Positions 58,866 to 64,000 of a DNA stretch of 64,000 bases are shown here, piece by piece. The notes beneath the pieces were generated by a model that searched no databases, was not told where the DNA came from, and saw only the letters and a list, made by a program, of their open reading frames with translations. Numbering within the stretch: the first letter of the stretch is position 1; every line of letters starts with the position of its first letter. Made by a program: the position numbers and the translations under genes. The DNA is from Nitrosopumilus sp. (GTDB lineage: Archaea; Thermoproteota; Nitrososphaeria; Nitrososphaerales; Nitrosopumilaceae). The stretch is taken from the NCBI GenBank assembly GCA_965219345.1, contig OZ244732.1:800001-864000 (forward strand). The letters run 5' to 3'.

Positions 58866-59107
58866 TATTCAATCACCTTTAATGCAATCTGAACATGCTC
58901 TAACACTTCATCAATCGTTCCAATAAGTTGTTTCATGTTATCCTTACTTTCAAAATTAAAAACTAGTTTGTTATCAATATTTTCAACATAAAGACTCAAT
59001 CCTTCTGGAAAATTTACATTATCGGGTTCAAGCGCATTTTTGACAGTTTCTGCCTTTTCTTTTGATATATTATTGAGAACTATCTGAATCTGACACTTTA
59101 ACGACAT
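58865..59107 (-). CDS. pcc1: KEOPS Pcc1-like subunit
   Basis: 80 aa with ALEPD motif, in the conserved rps15-RecJ-pcc1-serS-rps3ae order. Confidence 0.8.
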   Translation of the reverse strand: MSLKCQIQIVLNNISKEKAETVKNALEPDNVNFPEGLSLYVENIDNKLVFNFESKDNMKQLIGTIDEVLEHVQIALKVIE

Positions 59108-60491
59108 TTACTTCTAAATAATTAAGAAATTCATCTAATTTGTCTTTAGTTATTTTTGCCCCTGCTGCTGCATTATGACCCCCTCCAATACCGTCAAATT
59201 TCTCAGCACCTGTTCTCATTAGTTCGCTTAGATTGATATCTGATTTACAACTAAAGGATTTTCTAGATGAAAACTTGATTGTATTTTCTTCGCCCTTGGT
59301 TCTCAAAATTACAATTTTTCCTGCATTTTTCGGCGATCCTGCAATCAATGATGAAATTGTTCCAGTCATTGTCTCTGGTACTATATCTTCACCATTTACC
59401 ATAACACAAGTTTTGCTTTCTGAGATTCTCCATCTTTCATTTGATAAAATATTCATGTATTCTCTAATCTTCTTCCTGTACTCCGTAAGAATTGTTTCCC
59501 CCACTCTTAGAATCTTATTCCTATCCCCCATACAAATTGCCATTCCGACACCCGAATGATTAATTCTTCCACATGAGTTTAACATGGTTGAAAACTCCCT
59601 TCCATCTCGCAAGAAGCTTCTCTTGTCCTCTCTTGGAAATGTGTATGTGTATCCAATTAATTCTGACATGATTTCAGTGGCGTTTTTTCCAGAAGTAAAT
59701 TTAGTAATTGATTCAATTACTAGCCTTTTTTCTCCCTCATTTAGTTCTGCTGAAACTCTCCATCTTCCTTCATCCTTTAACTGAATTCCTGATGAATTAA
59801 GAAGAGAAAGACATGCATCTCTGTTCCATGTTAAACCTTCGATAAATGGCTGTGAAGTAAATGCTAGGGCATCAGGAAGAGGTCTAGTTTCTCTTCCGAC
59901 CAATAACAAATCCAAATCAATATCTAACAAACCCTGTTCTTTGGCAGTATTGGCAATCTCAAAATTCTTACCTGTAAATGATTTTCTTTCTCCTTGATCT
60001 TGTCTGTCTCCCAATGCAGAAACAACTGCAATAGCAGACAAATCTGAATTTTTTTCATCAAGTGCCATTGATGCAAGATATGCCATTCCGCCTGCACAAA
60101 TCTCAACCCCTCCATCAATTCCATATTTCCAAGCATTGATGACATTTTCATTATCCAACTCTTCTTCTGGAATCTGGTGATGGTCTAAAACAATCCAGTT
60201 ATCACCTAAGGTTTCATTTAGATCCTTTGCAAAGCCTCCTCCTAGATCTGTAACTATATGGAAATCCCGAGAATCTGTTTTGAAAGATTCTGCTACTTTT
60301 TTATTAAATTCTTTTGATGTTCTGACAGTGCATTTGGCACCTGCTCTGATTAGAGCTTTGGTGATAATACTTCCAGATGAAAGTCCATCACAATCAATAT
60401 GGGTCGTGACAAAAATTGATTTTCTAGATTTTATGCAATCTGAAATTTTGTCTTTGAAAAATGAAAGTGACTCATCAAGTGATTTTGTCAT
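59070..60491 (-). CDS. RecJ-like DHH/DHHA1 phosphoesterase
   Basis: HIDCDG, TDLG, LDHH, GGGHNAAAG. Confidence 0.92.
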   Translation of the reverse strand: MTKSLDESLSFFKDKISDCIKSRKSIFVTTHIDCDGLSSGSIITKALIRAGAKCTVRTSKEFNKKVAESFKTDSRDFHIVTDLGGGFAKDLNETLGDNWIVLDHHQIPEEELDNENVINAWKYGIDGGVEICAGGMAYLASMALDEKNSDLSAIAVVSALGDRQDQGERKSFTGKNFEIANTAKEQGLLDIDLDLLLVGRETRPLPDALAFTSQPFIEGLTWNRDACLSLLNSSGIQLKDEGRWRVSAELNEGEKRLVIESITKFTSGKNATEIMSELIGYTYTFPREDKRSFLRDGREFSTMLNSCGRINHSGVGMAICMGDRNKILRVGETILTEYRKKIREYMNILSNERWRISESKTCVMVNGEDIVPETMTGTISSLIAGSPKNAGKIVILRTKGEENTIKFSSRKSFSCKSDINLSELMRTGAEKFDGIGGGHNAAAGAKITKDKLDEFLNYLEVNVVKVSDSDSSQ

Positions 60492-60940
60492 TACTCTAGT
60501 TGAGCAACTACGGATTTATATTTCCAAGTTTTGGGAATTCTTTCTATTTTTTTGTAGTAAACAGATAGTCTATGAACTTTGGCTTCAATTAATTCCAAAG
60601 ATCTAACATTTCTGTTATCCCCTTTGTTTGCTTTAAGGTGCTTTTGAAGACCTACTGCTTTTTTGACAATATTTTCAAGATCTTCAGGCATTTCTGCTTT
60701 CAAATCATTTTCTTCTAGAATCTCACCAATGCTTTTTTTGGTAATTGGTTTGATTAGAGGAATTGCGTGTTGATCTCTTAATTTATTTCCAATTTGACTA
60801 GGCGTAAATCCATCTTTTGTGTATTTTACCACCAACTCTTCAATTTCTTTGGAACCAAGTGTTACCCAAGAAGGTACACTCAATGTTACTGGTCTAATAG
60901 AGTGTGATTTTCCATGTCTATGTGTGTGCATTCGTCCCAT
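60491..60940 (-). CDS. rps15: 30S ribosomal protein S15 (uS15)
   Basis: MGRMH, PSQIG.LRDQH, PEDL, LIEAKVHRL. Confidence 0.96.
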   Translation of the reverse strand: MGRMHTHRHGKSHSIRPVTLSVPSWVTLGSKEIEELVVKYTKDGFTPSQIGNKLRDQHAIPLIKPITKKSIGEILEENDLKAEMPEDLENIVKKAVGLQKHLKANKGDNRNVRSLELIEAKVHRLSVYYKKIERIPKTWKYKSVVAQLE

Positions 60941-61065
60941 GATTCGGCTGATTTAAGAACAGAATTAAACGTTACTTATACTGATCTCGTACATTATATC
61001 AAAAATTGGAGTTCAGAATAAAAGTTAAATATGTACTTGACTTCAAAACGAACAGGTAAATCGAT

Positions 61066-61398
61066 ATGAATACAAAAATACTTTTCGCAGCAATGTTGGT
61101 TGCTGTATTCACCATGGGCTATTATGCAGATAATACAGTAGCATTTGCACAATACATGGGTAACGTTGGTGGCCAAGGAGAAACAGGTTCTTACACATTA
61201 GAGGAAGCACTTGAGCTTCAACGTCGAAGAATTGAATCCGCCGAAGCAAATCCAGCATCTGGTTCAGGAACTCCATATCTTAGTGCAGATGGTGTTTTCG
61301 GAGCAGCAGCTATTTCAGCCGCAATCTTTGGTGGTATGGCAGGAGCCTTATTCCTTAGAGGAAGATCTGGCAAATACGCAGCAATGGGCAGAGGATAA
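61066..61398 (+). CDS. amoZ: AOA membrane protein, probable AMO accessory subunit AmoZ
   Basis: Signal peptide plus C-terminal TM helix; position between rps15 and amoB as recalled for Nitrosopumilus. Assigned by synteny, not alignment. Confidence 0.55.
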   Translation: MNTKILFAAMLVAVFTMGYYADNTVAFAQYMGNVGGQGETGSYTLEEALELQRRRIESAEANPASGSGTPYLSADGVFGAAAISAAIFGGMAGALFLRGRSGKYAAMGRG

Positions 61399-61505
61399 AA
61401 ACTTCATTTTTCTCTTATTTTATTAGTCATCTTTAGTGAATACTGATCTCGTTTTTTCCGAAAATAAAAGAAATGTATATATCGCACAAATAGAGCTGAA
61501 ATATC

Positions 61506-61775
61506 ATGATTCCTATCGTAGGTATTTTCCTAAACATCCTGTCAGCAATAACAGGACAACTAGGACCAAACTATGATCCATTATTCTACGATGTAATGAT
61601 TTACATCTTCGGAACCATTATGTTCACTGTATTCCTTCTTGGGATTATCTCATTCTGGTTACGTGTACACGGATGGGCTTACAAAGACAATCGTGAGAGA
61701 TGGGTTGACGAATTGGACAGACACTTTGAAAGAGAAGGTATTGGTCTGATTCCAGACAACGGTAAATACTGGTAA
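61506..61775 (+). CDS. amoY: AOA small membrane protein, probable AMO accessory subunit AmoY
   Basis: 89 aa with TM helix, adjacent to the previous gene in the amo region. Assigned by synteny. Confidence 0.55.
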   Translation: MIPIVGIFLNILSAITGQLGPNYDPLFYDVMIYIFGTIMFTVFLLGIISFWLRVHGWAYKDNRERWVDELDRHFEREGIGLIPDNGKYW

Positions 61776-61869
61776 ACTCCCTTTCTTCTTTTCATTATTT
61801 TTAAAAATACCAAGTTGATTATTTGATAATTTAATTTTTTGAAAAACTTGATTTTTTAGTCCGAAATGT

Positions 61870-62400
61870 CTAATTTTCAGGTGGAAGGAAATCGGTATCT
61901 TTGGATTCATCATATGCCTTTGTGGTAAATACTCCCTTGTAGTGATATCCGTCCTGTAATGGATGATTGATGAAATGAGGTGATTCTTTATCATTGACAT
62001 ACATAGTTGATTTGTCCTGATCCATATCTCTTAGAGGAAAGTCCCACATCCACAAAAAGTGACCTATCTCCCATGGATATTCTTCTTCCCATTCTGCATA
62101 AATTGTTCCATCGTCAGTTAATGTGTACATGGCTCTTTGGCATTCCCCATCATTTAGTCCTAAGTTTATGTTGGCAGGAATTGGTGTGGAGAGACCATCA
62201 ATTACGATCTCTAATGTTGCCTTAATTTTGAATGGTGTTTCTCTATCTTCAATACAAGCTTTAAGAGGATCATTTTGGCTAAATTGGCCCTGAATTAGAC
62301 TACTTCCTGCACCTACTGATACCGCAATTATTGCAGTTATTGCTAGAAATTTTAGTATTTTTTTCCTTTTGTAGGGATCACCCATTCCAGGCCAAATCAT
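61870..62400 (-). CDS. Membrane-anchored hypothetical protein of the amo region
   Basis: N-terminal TM helix; IPANI..C..YTLTDDGTIY pattern. Confidence 0.75.
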   Translation of the reverse strand: MIWPGMGDPYKRKKILKFLAITAIIAVSVGAGSSLIQGQFSQNDPLKACIEDRETPFKIKATLEIVIDGLSTPIPANINLGLNDGECQRAMYTLTDDGTIYAEWEEEYPWEIGHFLWMWDFPLRDMDQDKSTMYVNDKESPHFINHPLQDGYHYKGVFTTKAYDESKDTDFLPPEN

Positions 62401-62553
62401 AGTGATGACTTTAGATGGATTCCTTAAAGTCCTTTCTCTTATTCATACATAATATTGATTATACTAATTGATCCTGATTTTCTTCAAAAAAATGATTTGA
62501 GAAATTATGATAATCATAATTGATTATAAAATGAAAAGGAAAAGTTGGGTTGT

Positions 62554-63123
62554 TTATATTACTTGCCAGGGTCGTGTTGCAAACGTGATTACATATCCAA
62601 CGCCAATTATGATTGATTGGTATGCAATGTTGGTATATGGAATTGGCTTGATTATCGGATCTCCTTCAACGACAACTGTTTGACCTGGACCAAGTCCTGG
62701 ACCTACATTAGCTACATTGAGTTGAGTGTGTACGTGGTAAACACCTGCTTCAAGTGCTTTTGCAGATAGTGAATATTCGATGACAGCATTTCCTTGAATA
62801 TCAAAGACATTTCCTGGTGGATCTCTTGCTAACATCTCCCATCTGTTTCCAGCATTAGTAGATTCTGAGAAAATGGATAGCCATCCTCTCAAGTCTCTCT
62901 CTACAAGACTGACTAAAGTTCCTTGAAGTGTCAAGGTTTCGCCAGTTTGAAGGGATTGTCTGTTAAAGGTTTCATCTTCAATTCTGATGAAACGACTCTG
63001 GAGTTGTGCTTGGACACCGTGTGCATCTGCAGTTGGAAGAATGGATTCAACCCAGTTGAAACCTAAAGTACCTAATACAAGTACAGCGGCTAGCCCGAAT
63101 ACGAAAATCTTTTTTTCGACCAT
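62554..63123 (-). CDS. amoB: Ammonia monooxygenase subunit B
   Basis: MVEKKIFVFGL...ADAHGVQAQLQSRF, YHVHTQLNV, C-terminus TFATRPWQVI; true start at 63123. Confidence 0.96.
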   Translation of the reverse strand: MVEKKIFVFGLAAVLVLGTLGFNWVESILPTADAHGVQAQLQSRFIRIEDETFNRQSLQTGETLTLQGTLVSLVERDLRGWLSIFSESTNAGNRWEMLARDPPGNVFDIQGNAVIEYSLSAKALEAGVYHVHTQLNVANVGPGLGPGQTVVVEGDPIIKPIPYTNIAYQSIIIGVGYVITFATRPWQVI

Positions 63124-63374
63124 AGTCCTAATATTCTGAAACATAATACACAGCGTTATATGTTTTACCTTCACAACGAGGATCGATACTTAATGTAATG
63201 TTAATCATTGATGATTAACAATGAAAATGGTAAAAAAATGTTAAAATTATTTCATTTTTAACCATTCAAAATTAATTATTTTTAGAATTTTCCACGAATC
63301 TTATGAATAATTTGATAAAAATTCGTTACTCCAAAAACTCTTACTTTATATTCTGAATTTACATGATTAATACT

Positions 63375-63938
63375 ATGGCACAGATGCCCGCATTAATCCC
63401 AAAAGAAGTTGAGATTCAAAGACTAAAGAAAGTCTGGCTCATCGTTATTGCTATGGGATCCACTGCAGCATCAGTCGAAGTAGATAACTTCGTTGATGGT
63501 TCTCTACATCAGACTTCTATCAGAGATAGTGCATTTACTCCAGCACATTGGTGGTTGTATTCACACTTCATTACATTACCACTTGGATGGGGAGCAGCAG
63601 CAATCTATGATAGAAAAATACCAATTCTCAGAGGTCCAAATAATTCAATGAACACAGGTTTGAAGATGACCATCCTTGGTTACCTAGCAACTATGTTTAC
63701 AATTGGAGTTAATGAGATGTGGCATTTCTGGTTTGTAGAAGAAATATTTGCGGTTCCAAATCACTGGATGTTTAACATGGGTGTAGTAGTTGCATTCATG
63801 GGCGCACTTGCATACGTAGTCAGAGTATATGCCCGACTCGTAGAACTGGGTGCAGAGACTCCAGGTGAGAATCCGTATGTTGCAGAGATGTACAAGATGG
63901 CCCTAGAAGGCAAATTGTACAGCAGATCAATTCCATAG
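63375..63938 (+). CDS. amoC: Ammonia monooxygenase subunit C
   Basis: MAQMPALIPKEVEIQRL, DGSLHQTSIRDSAFTPAH, NEMWHFWFVEEIF. Confidence 0.97.
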   Translation: MAQMPALIPKEVEIQRLKKVWLIVIAMGSTAASVEVDNFVDGSLHQTSIRDSAFTPAHWWLYSHFITLPLGWGAAAIYDRKIPILRGPNNSMNTGLKMTILGYLATMFTIGVNEMWHFWFVEEIFAVPNHWMFNMGVVVAFMGALAYVVRVYARLVELGAETPGENPYVAEMYKMALEGKLYSRSIP

Positions 63939-64000
63939 ACAAAAAGTGCAATAGCACACTTTTTTCTCTTTTATTATTTTTAATGTAATCTAGATCGTAT

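Noticed and set aside
62554-63174. N-terminally extended AmoB (206 aa)
   Set aside because: The extension runs through the TATA region; MVEKK at 63123 gives the typical 189-aa protein.

Overview
AT-rich archaeal chromosome segment from an ammonia-oxidising thaumarchaeote (Nitrosopumilaceae-like), judged from amoB/amoC, the S-layer protein, a Rieske/cytochrome b/cupredoxin complex III, TBP, KEOPS and archaeal tRNA-modification genes. Core blocks (8.8-21.5 kb, 25.6-52.5 kb, 54.8-64 kb) alternate with three decayed accessory islands. (1) 1-8.5 kb: a Bil-type E1-like ThiF enzyme, a three-gene operon led by a Panacea/YwgA-like gene and split by an IS5 with 8-bp TSD, other IS5 relics, a sulfotransferase-like gene with a G11 tract, and a 1.7-kb segment bounded by long inverted repeats that carries a type III Res relic. 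(2) A 4-kb element integrated at tRNA-Arg(TCT), with a broken tyrosine recombinase, two tail-to-tail hsdS half-cassettes (one missed by the ORF track) around a ParB-like gene, an IS66 relic and mazF. (3) 52.5-54.8 kb: an integrase fragment, Fic and IS630/IS481 relics. Also found: an unannotated C/D-box sRNA predicted to guide the Gm2251-equivalent methylation of 23S rRNA, an 8-kb array of three thrombospondin type-3-repeat genes with mosaic 615-bp repeats, and candidate operators at the S-layer, Fic and amoY/amoZ promoters. All calls come from reading the sequence by eye; no searches were run.
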